Positions 1 to 10,990 of a DNA stretch of 64,000 nucleotides are shown piece after piece. The notes beneath the pieces are model-generated. The model saw only the letters and a list, made by a program, of their open reading frames with translations, had not been told where the DNA came from and made no database searches. The DNA is from an uncultured delta proteobacterium (GTDB taxonomy: Bacteria > Desulfobacterota > Binatia > UBA9968). Positions within the stretch are counted from its first letter, which is position 1. Each line of letters opens with the position of its first letter. The translations under genes were made by a program, and so were the position numbers. Location: assembly GCA_963755715.1 (NCBI GenBank), contig CAVWLW010000057.1:32001-96000 (forward strand). Direction: 5' to 3'.

Positions 1-241
1 GGCCGCGCGATTGGCTGACGCCCAAATTACGCGCTGCGGCAACGCCTTTTCTAGCCGTGACAAAAAGGCGCAAACGAGGGCCGATTTTTTTTAGCTCTTC
101 GGCCGTGCCATCAGTCGATCCGTCATCGACCACGAGCAGTTCGAAATCCCGAAAGCTCTGCGCGAGCACGGAATCGAGCGCTTGCCGAAGCAGCGGCCGA
201 CGGTTGAAAGTCGGCACAATGACGCTAATCAGAGGCGTCAC
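1..241 (-). CDS. Glycosyltransferase family 2, N-terminal part (runs off the window)
   Basis: Not in the ORF track. Manual translation VTPLISVIVPTFNRRPLLRQALDSVLAQSFRDFELLVVDDGSTDGT...GVAAARNLG gives the classic GT2 N-terminal motifs. Start codon uncertain. Confidence 0.9.
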   Translation of the reverse strand, partial: MTPLISVIVPTFNRRPLLRQALDSVLAQSFRDFELLVVDDGSTDGTAEELKKIGPRLRLFVTARKGVAAARNLGVSQSRG

Positions 242-314
242 AACGGAATCACTGGATAAGATCGGGTTAGCTGAATCGCAGGGCACGGCGGTCGACAAGG
301 GTTTGCCGGCGCGG

Positions 315-746
315 CTAGACAAAAGTTTCCATCTTCTTGAAAAACTGTTCGACCATCATTTTGGCGACGCCGTTCATCATGCGTTGTCCGACGCTGGCGA
401 TGAGACCGCCGATCTTGGCGTCGGTGCTGTATTTGAGCACGGTTTGACCGTTGCTTTCTTCCAGGTCGATGGCGACGTCGCCCTGCATGAAACCGGGTCC
501 GCCCGAACCCTGCCCGCTCAAAACATAATGCGACGGAGCTTGCTTGTCCTTGATCGCCACCTTGCCTTTATACGTGCCTTTGACCGACGCAACGCCGACC
601 TTCATGATGGCCTCGAATTGATCCGGCGCCACTTCGTTCATGCTCTCGCATCCCGGCATGCACTGCGCGATGATTTTTGGGTCCAGCAAGACCTGCCAGA
701 CCCTATCCCGTGGTGCGTTGAACGTGTAATTGCCTTCGATCTTCAA
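315..746 (-). CDS. CoxG/SRPBCC family protein (carbon monoxide dehydrogenase subunit G-like)
   Basis: APRDRVWQVLLDP..IAQCMPGCE and GGLIASVGQRMM..VAKMMVEQFF are typical CoxG motifs. Confidence 0.85.
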   Translation of the reverse strand: MKIEGNYTFNAPRDRVWQVLLDPKIIAQCMPGCESMNEVAPDQFEAIMKVGVASVKGTYKGKVAIKDKQAPSHYVLSGQGSGGPGFMQGDVAIDLEESNGQTVLKYSTDAKIGGLIASVGQRMMNGVAKMMVEQFFKKMETFV

Positions 747-966
747 GAAAAGCTTCCTCCTCGCTCGTCCGAGCCGGCTATTTCAACCACGACCCGTCGA
801 CCAAAAGCCACCGGCTTCGATCGAAAAAACCATAACTGCCATCAATGTAAAAAACAATACGGCCATCGACCTGCGGTTTTTCCGCCAAAATCCCGCCGAG
901 CGTGCTATTTGTCGACAGAGATTTAATTGAATCAACGCGCCGGCTTCGCTAAACTTGCCTTAAGTC

Positions 967-3013
967 ATGATGCGCGCGATCGCCGTACTATTGTTGGTCC
1001 TATCCGTGGGAGCCTTTCCCGCGCCGCTCCTTGCCCAGACTAACGAGCAAAACGATACCTTTGCCAAAGCTTACGCGCTTTATGCCAACGGCAAATCGGC
1101 CGAAGCCCGGGAACTCTTCGAGAGGACTCTCGAGACAAGGTTCCGCCTGATCGATTACAGCTTGTATTATCTCGCCGTGATCCATTTCAGTGGGTCGAAT
1201 TGGGATCAAGCGCGCCAGCTTTTGACCCAACTCAGGCAGAAGTATCCGCAGAGTATTTGGCTTCAGCCGGCAACCCTGCTGCAAGCCAAGATCGATATAG
1301 CGGAAAAAAAATACGCCCAGGCCGACACAACGCTTCGGCAAATCCGCGCGGACAAAACCGCGCCGCGCGATACCACCGATGAAGCGCTTTACCTACAAGC
1401 ACAGATCCAGGAAAACCGGGACGATCCGAGCCGCGCATATGCGCTTTATGATGAGCTGCGCGACAAATCACCCAACTCGCGCTGGACGGCCCCGGCGCGC
1501 AACGGCGCAAGCGCGCTTGCGCGAGGCCTTTCCCGAGCTTTTCGCCTTCCACACGATCGAATCCCTTGCCAACGATGCCGACCGTCTGACCCGCGAGCGG
1601 CAAACCGGCGACGCCGAAGTTCTCTACAAAAAAATTCTGAACAACGTTTCCGATGCCGACTCGCGGGCGCGGTTCTTGGGCAAGCTCGCCAACCTTTACC
1701 TTTCCACCCGCAGCCGAAACGACGCGATTCCGATCCTCGAGCAGATCGCTCGCGATTTTCCCGACAGCAGCGAAGCTCCGAAGGCGCTTTATCAGATCGG
1801 GCAAATCTTCTGGAACCGTCACGAAAACTCCCAGGCGCTCGGCTATTTTAAACAGGTATTAGAAAACTACCCGAGCAGCGACTACGTCGACCGTGCCCAG
1901 TTTGCCGCGGCCGATATTCATGAATTCTTCGGCCGAAAAGAAGAAGCGATTCAGCTCTACAACAGCGTCATCCGGCAGTTTCCTAAAAGCCAAGTGCGCG
2001 ATGATGCCGCCTGGCGGCTCGCGTGGCTCTATTATCAAAACGGCGATCTCGCAACCGCAGCGGCGGCTTTCAAAAGCCTGGAGAGCCAGTCCAAGAATGG
2101 TCCATTCGCCGTGGCGGCGCTGTATTGGCAAGCGCGTGTCACTGAAAAATTGGGCGAATTGGAATCGGCCCGGCAACTTCACCGCCAGATCATCGACGGC
2201 GCGGCCGAGTCTTATTATCAAATGCTGTCGCTGCGCGCGCTGAAGCGACTTGGCGAAACCGTCAACGAAGTCAAATCAAATAAAGCCGCCGTGACGCCGG
2301 AAGCCGATCCGCCGATTGCGCCGGACCTGATGTTTCACTTGACTCGCGCGCGCGTGCTTGCGTCGCTGGCTTTGCGCCAGTTGGCCGTGGCTGAGTTGGA
2401 CGCGGTTGATCGCCAGAGCAAACCGAACGGTGCTTTGCGCGCTTTCCTCATGCGCGAGTATTTTCAGACGGCTGCTTATGGACGGAGCCTTCAGCTTGCC
2501 AACCAGTTGCCGAGCTCGCGCCCGGAGCGCGATCTTTACCGTTACCCGCTCGCTTTTTGGGACCTGATTCAACAGAAAGCGCAGGACCGCGATCTCGATC
2601 CCTATCTGGTGCTCGGACTGATTCGCCAAGAGAGCCTATTCGATACGCGCGCCCGTTCACCCGCCACGGCGCTGGGTTTGATGCAACTGATACCGCCGAC
2701 CGCGGCGCGAATCGCCAAACAGTTGGGCTTGCCCGCGCCGACCCAAGAAACCCTCTTCGAGCCAGAAACAAACCTGACGCTCGGCACGCAGTATCTCAAA
2801 GATCTGCTGCAAAGATATTCGAACAACTGGCACAAAGCGCTCGCTGCCTACAACGCCGGCGAGGCCGCGGTGGATCGATGGGAAAAAGAAATCGTCACCG
2901 ATGATATCGAGGAATTCGTCGAGCGCATCCCCTATGTGGAAACACGGGGCTATGTTAAGCTCGTGCTACGAAATCAGCAGATTTACAAACGGCTCTACGA
3001 CACGCAAAAATGA
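967..3013 (+). CDS. TPR-repeat soluble lytic murein transglycosylase (Slt70-like), one frameshift near 1500
   Basis: Signal peptide and TPRs in ORF 967..1851 join ORF 1379..3013 at RWTAPAR/TAQARLREAF. C-terminal SLT motifs are IRQESLF, ALGLMQL, AAYNAGE, IPYVETRGYVK. Confidence 0.85.
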
Positions 3014-3768
3014 CGAGGGACGCTCGGCCGTTCATCGGCGTCACCGCGGATCTTTCCGAAGCTCCCGGGAAACTCGACAATTATCAAGAATCGACCCTGT
3101 TCGTACCGCAACGGTATTTGAGTGCCATCGAACAAGCCGGCGCGATTGCGCTGGTTTTGCCGCCGAATCAGTCTGAGGCGGCGCTGCACCGGATGATCGG
3201 TCTGGTGGACGGTTTAGTGATCACCGGCGGTAACTTTGATATCCACCCGCGCTACTATGGCGAACGACCGATTCGGGAACTCGGCGCGATCAAAGCGCGC
3301 CGGACGAAGTTCGAGCTGGAAATGACCGCTGCGGCCTTAGAACAAGACGTGCCCATCTTGGGCATCTGCGGCGGCGCGCAAGCGATCAACGTCGCCTTGG
3401 GCGGCTCGTTGTATCAAGACATTGAAAAACAGGTTGCCGGCGCCGGCGCCCACGAACAAGGCGCGCGCAAAAACCATGGCGGCCATCAAGTGAACGTAAC
3501 AGCAGGCACGCGGCTTCACGCCATCGTCCGCCGCAGAAAAATGGAAGTAAACACCACCCATCATCAGGCGGTGAAAAAAGTCGGCCGCGGTCTGGTGGCC
3601 AACGCCGTCGCCGAGGACGGCATCATCGAAGGCATCGAGAGCACCCAACATCGATGGGTTCTCGGCGTTCAGTGGCACCCGGAAGTTTTGGCGCCGCGGC
3701 GCAAGGACCAGCAACGCATTTTCTCTCTTTTCGTCGCCCATTGCGCTCGGCGACGCCGCGGGGCTTGA
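3010..3768 (+). CDS. Gamma-glutamyl-gamma-aminobutyrate hydrolase family (peptidase C26, PuuD-like)
   Basis: DGLVITGG, GICGGAQ (nucleophile Cys), HHQAV and GVQWHPE motifs. ATGA overlap with the upstream stop. Confidence 0.9.
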   Translation: MTRDARPFIGVTADLSEAPGKLDNYQESTLFVPQRYLSAIEQAGAIALVLPPNQSEAALHRMIGLVDGLVITGGNFDIHPRYYGERPIRELGAIKARRTKFELEMTAAALEQDVPILGICGGAQAINVALGGSLYQDIEKQVAGAGAHEQGARKNHGGHQVNVTAGTRLHAIVRRRKMEVNTTHHQAVKKVGRGLVANAVAEDGIIEGIESTQHRWVLGVQWHPEVLAPRRKDQQRIFSLFVAHCARRRRGA

Positions 3769-3784
3769 TGCCTCCCATCCGCTC

Positions 3785-6103
3785 ATGATCGTCGAGATAC
3801 TCAATCCGGATAACTATCAAACGAGTCTCTTCGCTCTGCCGACCTTGCTCACCGCGAGCATCATGTTGGCGCTCGGTCTTCGCGTCCTCATCGGCGAACA
3901 CCGCTCACGCGTCACTATTTCTTTCTTCGTCATGACCACGACGGCGGCGCTTTGGCTGTCGAGCTATTCGCTGATGTATTGCGCACTCGACGAGCGGGTG
4001 GCGGCCGGCTGGAGCCGGATTGGCCAGGTCGGCATCCTGTTTATTCCCGCGTCGGTTTATCACTTTACCCTAGCGGCTTTGGGAAATTATGAGCGCCTCA
4101 AGCGCCGGGTCTGGTTGATCTGGGAGATCTCCCTCGGTTTTTTGCTGACTGTTTTTACCGGCGATGCATTTATCGGCGGCATGCGGCACTATGACTGGGG
4201 CTACTATCCCAAGTACAACTGGATGGGAACGCTCTTCATTTGCTTTTTTTGCGCCCTGATGGCGTTGAGTTTGCACGGCTACTGGCGCGCCTACCGCGCG
4301 GCGCCGGCGGGCGCCGCTAGATTGCGGAGCCAGGGATTACTACGGGCTTTTGGTATCGCTTACCTGGGATCTTTTGATTTCTTTGCGGCGTACGGCATCC
4401 CGCTCTATCCCTTCGGCTACATTCCCGTGTTGGGGTTCATCCTATTTGCCAACCGCACAATTCGACGCTACCGCTTGGTCGATATCACCCCGGAGCTCGC
4501 CGCGAAACAAATTATCAATGCCATGGAGGATGCTCTTTTGATTCTCGACAGCGACGGCATTGTGCGCGTCGCGAATCACAGCGCCTGCGAAATCTTTTCT
4601 CGATCGGGAAGCGACCTCGAAGGCTCGCCGTTATCAACGCTCGCGCCGGCCTTTGCGCCGGTCACGGATTCTTTCGCGCGTGAGCTTCTCGACGGCAGGT
4701 TACGCAACTCTGAATATTCGATCCGCCACGGCGCCACCACCGTGAGCCTGTCATCCTTCGTCATGCGCGACGCGGACCAAGCTCCGATCGCTACGGTTTG
4801 CATGATCCGAGACATCACCAAAGAAAAATCCACGCAGCGTGAAATCCAACGTCATATCGAGCGCCAAACCGCGCTCTACGAGCTCAACCTGGCGGCCACC
4901 TCGACGCTCGAGCTACGCGCCGTACTGGACGTTCTTTTGGAATGGCTCGCCGGCTTGGTCCCCAATACCGCCACAACGGTCTTATTGGTCGGGGAAGCCG
5001 GCGAACCGCTGCGACGAGTCGCTTGCCGCGGCATCGATGAAGCGGCATGGCAATCGACATCCCCGCGCGAAAGCGCGGCGCTTCACCCGGTACTGCGCTC
5101 TAAAGACGTTATTTTGGTATCGAATATCCAGATCGCCAATGACGGACTGGACTCGGCATTTTTTGTCGCCCGAGGATTTCGTTCTTACCTCGGTTTACCT
5201 TTGATCGCGAAAAATCACGCCGTCGGCATTCTCTCTTTTTATTCCCAACAAGAGCGCCACTACAGCGATGAAGAAGTCAATTTTCTCCGCAGTCTGGCCG
5301 GCCAAGTGGCTGTCGCGATCCATAACTCTCAGCTCTACGAGGAGACCAGCCGACAGGCCTCGGCATTGGAAAAAGCCAATCTGGTGAGAGAGGATTTTTT
5401 GGGCGTTATGTCCCACGAGCTGAGAACGCCGCTGAACGTTATCTCAGGCTACGCGCGACTTGTTCAAGAAGGCGTGATGGGCGAGGTGAACGCCGAACAG
5501 AAAAAAGCCTTGGATAAAGTCGGACATCATGCCGACGAGCTCTTATTTATGGTCAACAGCATCATGAACGCGACCAAGATCGAAGCAGGAGCGCTGTCCG
5601 CGGATCGTGAAAGCTTTCTCTTGTCCAGTTTTTTGGACGAGCTGAGGATGCTTTACGATTATCCGTTCGGCAAAGAAATCACTATCGAATGGGACTGTCC
5701 GGAGGATCTGCCTCAGCTGTTTACCGATCGGGACAAGCTAAAACACATCTTGCAGAATCTCATCAATAACGCGCTCAAGTTTACCGAAGAAGGCTCGATC
5801 ACGGTCACGGCTCGCTACGTGGCCGAAATAGACCAGGTCGAGTTGACGGTAACCGATACCGGCGTGGGCATTCCACCGGCAGATTTGCCGCTCATCTTCG
5901 ACCGTTTCCGGCAAATTGATAGCACAAGAACGCGGAGTCACGGCGGGGTTGGCTTGGGACTACACATCGTCAAGACATTCACCGACCTTCTTAACGGTCA
6001 GATTCTGGTCACTAGCAAACCCGGCCGGGGCTCGAGCTTCTCGATCACATTGCCCTGTGTGGGCGAGGAAACCGACGCGGCAAACATTTCAGGCGGCCGC
6101 TAG
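3785..6103 (+). CDS. Membrane sensor histidine kinase (7TM N-terminus, PAS, GAF, HisKA, HATPase)
   Basis: Hydrophobic N-terminal helices. H-box MSHELRTPLN, N-box NLINNALKFT, G boxes DTGVGI and GVGLGL. Confidence 0.92.
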   Translation: MIVEILNPDNYQTSLFALPTLLTASIMLALGLRVLIGEHRSRVTISFFVMTTTAALWLSSYSLMYCALDERVAAGWSRIGQVGILFIPASVYHFTLAALGNYERLKRRVWLIWEISLGFLLTVFTGDAFIGGMRHYDWGYYPKYNWMGTLFICFFCALMALSLHGYWRAYRAAPAGAARLRSQGLLRAFGIAYLGSFDFFAAYGIPLYPFGYIPVLGFILFANRTIRRYRLVDITPELAAKQIINAMEDALLILDSDGIVRVANHSACEIFSRSGSDLEGSPLSTLAPAFAPVTDSFARELLDGRLRNSEYSIRHGATTVSLSSFVMRDADQAPIATVCMIRDITKEKSTQREIQRHIERQTALYELNLAATSTLELRAVLDVLLEWLAGLVPNTATTVLLVGEAGEPLRRVACRGIDEAAWQSTSPRESAALHPVLRSKDVILVSNIQIANDGLDSAFFVARGFRSYLGLPLIAKNHAVGILSFYSQQERHYSDEEVNFLRSLAGQVAVAIHNSQLYEETSRQASALEKANLVREDFLGVMSHELRTPLNVISGYARLVQEGVMGEVNAEQKKALDKVGHHADELLFMVNSIMNATKIEAGALSADRESFLLSSFLDELRMLYDYPFGKEITIEWDCPEDLPQLFTDRDKLKHILQNLINNALKFTEEGSITVTARYVAEIDQVELTVTDTGVGIPPADLPLIFDRFRQIDSTRTRSHGGVGLGLHIVKTFTDLLNGQILVTSKPGRGSSFSITLPCVGEETDAANISGGR

Positions 6104-6250
6104 TTGGCCTTTTGTTCGCGCTTACCAGCTTCCTTCATTGCCCGCGGCCAATAGTTCTACTCTGCTCCCGGCTTGTGGTTGCAATCTACCTTGGCCTGGG
6201 GCAAACAGAAGAACGAAAACATTTCTGCAAGCGCGGGAAGGAGAAGATTC

Positions 6251-7387
6251 ATGGTAAACAAAACCGGTGGAGACGTGTTCGACCGCGCCGAAGCGGAAAA
6301 GCTGCTCTTCCCCGCGAGCGGCTTGCCGGGCGGCGGCCAACTCGAAGTGCGCATGGAAATCTCGCCCGATCATCCCGATCCGGACATTCGCGGCGTCGCG
6401 CGCCGGGTCAAGTTTTTCAATCTCGAAAGTTGGCACAAGGAATGGACTGAAGTCGCCATTAAGAACGAAGAGCTGGCCTCCGCTTTCGAGCAGGACAACC
6501 GCAAACAGACCGCCCATGAGTTCTATTTGCGCGCCGCCGATTTCTATCGCCGCGCCGTGGTTTATATGGCTGAGAGCGATCCGCGCATGTTGCCGACGTA
6601 TAAAAAACTCGAAGAGAATTTTAACAAAGCCTGGAGCACTGCGACGCCGCCTTTCGAGCGGGTCGAAATTTCCTACGAAGGCCACAAGCTGCCGGCCCAT
6701 TTCTGGCCGGGACGCGGCAAGCCGGGATCGAAGCTTCCGGTTGTCTACAATTACGGCGGCGCCGACGGCATTTTGCTGCGCGGCGAAGACGGCGGCGCGG
6801 GCCAGTACGTCCGCCGCGGCATGTCGTTTATCGACGTTGACGGTCCCGGACATGGCGGCACGCTACGTTATCACAAACTCTACGCGCCGCCGGATTCGGA
6901 GCGTGTCGCCAAAGCGGTGATCGATTACCTCGTCACTCGCGCCGACGTCGATCCCGAGCGCATCGGCCTGCACGGTTCGAGCATGGGCGGTTATTCCGGC
7001 CCGCGTTGCGCCACGATCGAGAAAAGAATCAAAGCCGTCGCCGTCTGGAGCGGCGCATACGATCTGGTCGATGATATATTCGATAATTATCCGCCGATAC
7101 AGGAACGTCTGCGCTGGCTGATAGGCGCCAAAGATCTAAAAGACGCCCGCGAAAAGATCAAAGAGTTTACGCTCATCGGCAGAGCAGACAAAATCGAATG
7201 CCCCCTGCTCGTCGGCTATAGCATCGACGACCGGGTGATGGACCCACGCGGCGCCCTCAAGCTCTACGAGAACGCCGTCAACTCGCCAGACCGCTCGATG
7301 GTCGACGGCGTCGGCCATGGCCAGAAAAAATTCGAAAGGCGGACTTACATCGCCGACTGGTTCATGAAGCAGTTAAAGGCGGGGTAA
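6251..7387 (+). CDS. Alpha/beta hydrolase (FrsA / 2,6-dihydroxypseudooxynicotine hydrolase-like)
   Basis: AHEFYLRAADFYR, DGPGHG, GSSMGGY nucleophile elbow. GGAG RBS before ATG at 6251. Confidence 0.8.
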   Translation: MVNKTGGDVFDRAEAEKLLFPASGLPGGGQLEVRMEISPDHPDPDIRGVARRVKFFNLESWHKEWTEVAIKNEELASAFEQDNRKQTAHEFYLRAADFYRRAVVYMAESDPRMLPTYKKLEENFNKAWSTATPPFERVEISYEGHKLPAHFWPGRGKPGSKLPVVYNYGGADGILLRGEDGGAGQYVRRGMSFIDVDGPGHGGTLRYHKLYAPPDSERVAKAVIDYLVTRADVDPERIGLHGSSMGGYSGPRCATIEKRIKAVAVWSGAYDLVDDIFDNYPPIQERLRWLIGAKDLKDAREKIKEFTLIGRADKIECPLLVGYSIDDRVMDPRGALKLYENAVNSPDRSMVDGVGHGQKKFERRTYIADWFMKQLKAG

Positions 7388-7412
7388 GCCGCCAAGAAAA
7401 TTGGAGTAAGCC

Positions 7413-8254
7413 ATGCCATCTCTCAATTTCGCCGAGTCTTTGGATCATTTCGTCGTGCCGGTCGACGACATCGTCGTCGCCGAAGAGTTTTACGCGCGCG
7501 TCTTCGGCGGCGTGATCACCAAGCGCAACGGCCTGAACGTCCGTCAACGCAAGCGCGGCGCGGTGCCGCACACGTTTATTCAGATCGGCGGCAAACGCAT
7601 GGGCGTGTATCTGCAAAGCGACGAACGACCAGCGGCCGACCCATGCTCGCGGTTTGCCCACCTATTCGTTTACGACGACGCCGCAAGGTTTGGCTGAAGT
7701 GGCAACAGAGCTGCAAGAGCTGGGCACGGACGTTGAAGGACCGGTAAAAAACACCTATCCATTTACTGATAAGTGCCTTTTCTTTTTCGATCCGGCAGGA
7801 AATCACTACGCGGTTTACACTCCGAAGCGCTCCGACTAAAAATGCAAATGGCGCCATTGGCCGCATGACTGGAGTCGGCTATATCGAGCTCGAAGCTCCC
7901 GACGTAGCGGCTTCGATCCAATTTTACACCACGGTTTTGGGCTTTGAATTGATGAACCGCTCGGAAGACATGCGGCAAGCCACGCTCAAGATGGCTAGTG
8001 GCCAGACTTTGATCTTGACCCAAGCACCCTTCTCTTCCAAGGGACTCGTCATGAGCCGCAAAGTGCCGGGACCGCATATCGCTTTTTACGTTCCGGCTGC
8101 GAGTTGGAGCGCCGCGATATCGCGGTTGGAGCAATTGGAGATTGCCAATGGCGACCGCGGTGCGGCCAAGGAGCGCCACGATGGCCAAGGCGGCACGTAC
8201 ATGGACGATCCCGCCGGCTACGTGATCCAATATATTACGGACGGGATGGAGTAA
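7413..8254 (+). CDS. VOC/glyoxalase family protein, probably one two-domain protein split by two frameshifts (near 7633 and 7830)
   Basis: LDHFVVPVDD..AEEFY and FFDPAGNHY in the first domain; GYIELEAPDV..SIQFY and DDPAGYVIQ in the second. An alternative frame reads APTKNANGAIGRMTGV across the 7839 stop. Confidence 0.7.
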
Positions 8255-8264
8255 GTTTTTGCCG

Positions 8265-9102
8265 ATGAACGATCAAGACAAGCGTGCGCTGCTTCGTAAA
8301 ATTTTCGACGACCCGAAAGGCGCGATCGCGCCGGGGATCACAGACGCTCTGTTCGCTCGCCTCGCCCAAGACTGCGGCTATAAAGCGCTGCATCTGTCGG
8401 GCAATGCCATTCACAGAAACTTTTGTCTCCCCGATCGAAATCTCTTGACGGTCACGCAAATCGCTCAACGCGCCGCGCAGATCGCCGAGGCGACCGACAT
8501 CCCGCTAATCGTGGACGGTGGATCGGCCTGCGTCGAAACGATCGCGCTGGCCCGCGCAGTCAAGCACTATGAGCGCGCCGGCGCCGCCGCGTTGCGCTTC
8601 GAAGACGCGCTTGTGAACGAGTATGGGGCTTCCGTCGACGCGCTGGCGATCGCACCAATCGCGCTTATGACGGAGCGCATCAAGGCGGCCGCCGATGCGC
8701 GCCGCGACCCATCGCTCGTGCTGATCGCGCGCTGTGATTCGCGTCCGCAAGAATCCCTCGCGCAAGTTCAAGATCGCCTGGCGGCGTACGCCGAAGCCGG
8801 CGCCGATGCGCTCGGCGTGCAGCTTTCCGAGATCGACGATTTTCGCCAAGTCGGCGCGGCCGCGCCGGCGCCGCTGGTCAGCATGTGGCCGAGAGGGACT
8901 CATGACAGCGCACGAATTTATTCAAACAGGTTTTCGTGTCGCGCTGCTGCCATCGAGCGTGCCGCTCGCGGCCCTCACCGCCGCGCGGGCAATGCTGATC
9001 GAATTGCAGCGCTCCGGACGGGACCGAGATTACTTCGCGAGACAAAGCGAATTCGCCAAGACCGAAAGCTGGTATAAAGACTTGGGCTCAGGTCTGAAAT
9101 AA
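8265..9102 (+). CDS. Isocitrate lyase / PEP mutase superfamily protein, frameshift near 8895
   Basis: APGITDALFARLAQDCGYKA, IPLIVD, LIARCDS and AYAEAGAD. The C-terminus continues in ORF 8734..9102 (LMTAHEFIQTGFRVALLP). Confidence 0.8.
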
Positions 9103-9126
9103 CCCAAATCATTCACTGGAGATTCC

Positions 9127-9627
9127 ATGCTGCAAGAAGTCGCATTGCCACAGGCCTACCGCGTCACACCCACCGGGCTCTACCTGATCTCGACCGCCCA
9201 CGAAGGCAAGCGCAACGTGCAATTCGCCTTCCGCGCGCTAGGGATTTCCGACGAGCCACCGCTGCTCGTTATCGGCATTCAGGACAAAAATTTCAGCCGG
9301 GAGGTCATCCAGAAAAGCGGCGAGTTTGTTGTCAACGTCTGCTCGGAGAATCAGCTGCATGCGGTGGACAAAAGCCGCACGCTTTCCGGACGCGACGTCG
9401 AAGATAAATTCTTGGCCCTCGGCCTGGAAACCATTCCAGCAAAACACGTACAAGCGCCGCTCGTGGCCGGCTGTCACGCCAATGTAGAATGCCGGGTCGT
9501 GCATGAATTCACCGTGGAGGGATTGTTTCTTTTCGTTGGCGAGGCGCTGGTTGCGCACGTCGACAACCAAGTCGCACCGATCGGCCGATTGGCCGGAAAG
9601 AGTTTTCGCCTTGGCAGCCCGATCTAA
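9127..9627 (+). CDS. Flavin reductase family protein
   Basis: EPPLLVIGI, SGEFVVNV, SGRDVEDKF, APLVAGCHANVECRV and LFVGE motifs. Confidence 0.9.
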   Translation: MLQEVALPQAYRVTPTGLYLISTAHEGKRNVQFAFRALGISDEPPLLVIGIQDKNFSREVIQKSGEFVVNVCSENQLHAVDKSRTLSGRDVEDKFLALGLETIPAKHVQAPLVAGCHANVECRVVHEFTVEGLFLFVGEALVAHVDNQVAPIGRLAGKSFRLGSPI

Positions 9628-9651
9628 CCAGCCTCAACGAGGAGGCATACC

Positions 9652-10725
9652 ATGAGGAATCGAATCCGGCTTTGCGCTGCATCTTTTGCTCTCGTCATCG
9701 TCTGCTCCATGGCATTTTCGCGCGCCGAAGCTGCCAGCGCCGAAGAAACTCTGGCGAAAATCAATCGGCTGCCAGCCGCCGAGCGCCAGGCGGCGTTGGT
9801 GAAGGAAGCTAAGAACGAAAAAACCGTAATCTGGTATGCACCGATGAACCGCGAGGATCTGCGCCAGTTCACCGCCGGGTTCGAAACGGAATACCCTTTT
9901 CTCAAGGTCGAAGTCCTGACCGGCGGGCCGCAGAGCCTGCTCAATCGCATTTTGACCGAGCGCCGCGCCGGCAAAGATAACTTTGATATACTCAATATTC
10001 GAAGCTCCGCGCTCTACACGCTCAAGAAAGCTGGCGCCATCGGCCGCTACGACTCGCCGCAGCGGCGCGGCTTGCGCACAGGCTTTTACGACAAAGACGG
10101 TTATTTCAACGGCATCTGGGCGTCGCTCATGGTTTACCTGTTCAACACCAAACAGGTCAGCCGCGCGCAGGCGCCCAAATCCGTCGACGATCTGTTGCAA
10201 CCCAAGTGGAAAGGGAAAATGGGCATGGATCAGGACGCCGACGATTACCTCGCCGCGCTGCTCGATTATTACGGCGACGACAAAGGTAAACAGATCACGA
10301 GGAGCCTCGGAGCGCAGCAGTTGAATATCCGCAAAGGCCGCTCGCTGGTTTCTCAACTGGTCGCCGCCGGCGAATTTCCCGTTCAGATCGACGCGCATCA
10401 TCACGAAGCCGTCGCGCTGCGCCAAGCCGGCGCGCCGGTTGACTACGTATTTCCTGAACCGTTCATCCCGGTAAAATCCGTCTCCGCGTTACCGATGTCA
10501 TCCCGTCCGCCTCATCCCCATGCCGCAGCCCTGCTCGTGGATTTTATGCTCTCGAAGAGAGGTCAGGAACTCGCCTTCAAGCAGCGCCGCTGGCCGGCGT
10601 TCAAAGAACTTGCCACCGGCGGCCCCGACGACGTCGGCAACCGCAACACGCTGGTCCCCGACGCAGACAAATGGGGCAGCCGCTATGAAGAGCTGGTGCA
10701 ACTGACTGCATTACTGGGACGCTAG
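9652..10725 (+). CDS. ABC transporter extracellular solute-binding protein (AfuA/SBP_bac_6-like)
   Basis: Signal peptide; DLLQPKWKGK, LVAAGE, GAPVDY and PPHPHAAALLVDFMLSKRGQE motifs. Confidence 0.88.
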   Translation: MRNRIRLCAASFALVIVCSMAFSRAEAASAEETLAKINRLPAAERQAALVKEAKNEKTVIWYAPMNREDLRQFTAGFETEYPFLKVEVLTGGPQSLLNRILTERRAGKDNFDILNIRSSALYTLKKAGAIGRYDSPQRRGLRTGFYDKDGYFNGIWASLMVYLFNTKQVSRAQAPKSVDDLLQPKWKGKMGMDQDADDYLAALLDYYGDDKGKQITRSLGAQQLNIRKGRSLVSQLVAAGEFPVQIDAHHHEAVALRQAGAPVDYVFPEPFIPVKSVSALPMSSRPPHPHAAALLVDFMLSKRGQELAFKQRRWPAFKELATGGPDDVGNRNTLVPDADKWGSRYEELVQLTALLGR

Positions 10726-10757
10726 AAATTTCAGCCATTGGTACCACCCTGGCGTCC

Positions 10758-10973
10758 ATGGACAAACGAGAGACACCTCTAAGGGGCGGACGGACGATCC
10801 CAGCCATCGTTCGCATCGAGGATAGCGTGCACCGTCCAGTCAGCCCGCACTCCGCTTTCGTTCATCAACTGCTCATTAATCTGGAAACGCGAGGGTTTTC
10901 CGGTGCGCCACGATTTCTCGAGATTGACTCATCGCACCGAGAGATACTTAGTTACAACGTTTCGGAAGAATAG
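10758..10973 (+). pseudogene. Truncated N-terminal fragment of an aminoglycoside-phosphotransferase-like kinase
   Basis: ETPLRGG..IVRIEDSVHRP...FVHQLL..LE..GFSGAPRFLEID...REILSY resembles the N-lobe of that family, but the ORF stops after 71 aa. Confidence 0.55.
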
Positions 10974-10990
10974 CACGAAAGGAAATTCCG

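Noticed and set aside
57-926. 289-aa plus-strand ORF
   Set aside because: Antisense shadow of the GT2 and CoxG genes, with no recognisable motifs.
1490-1510. Programmed ribosomal frameshifting in the Slt, VOC, ICL, amidohydrolase or leuB genes
   Set aside because: No shared slippery heptamer or stimulatory structure seen; sequencing indels are more parsimonious.
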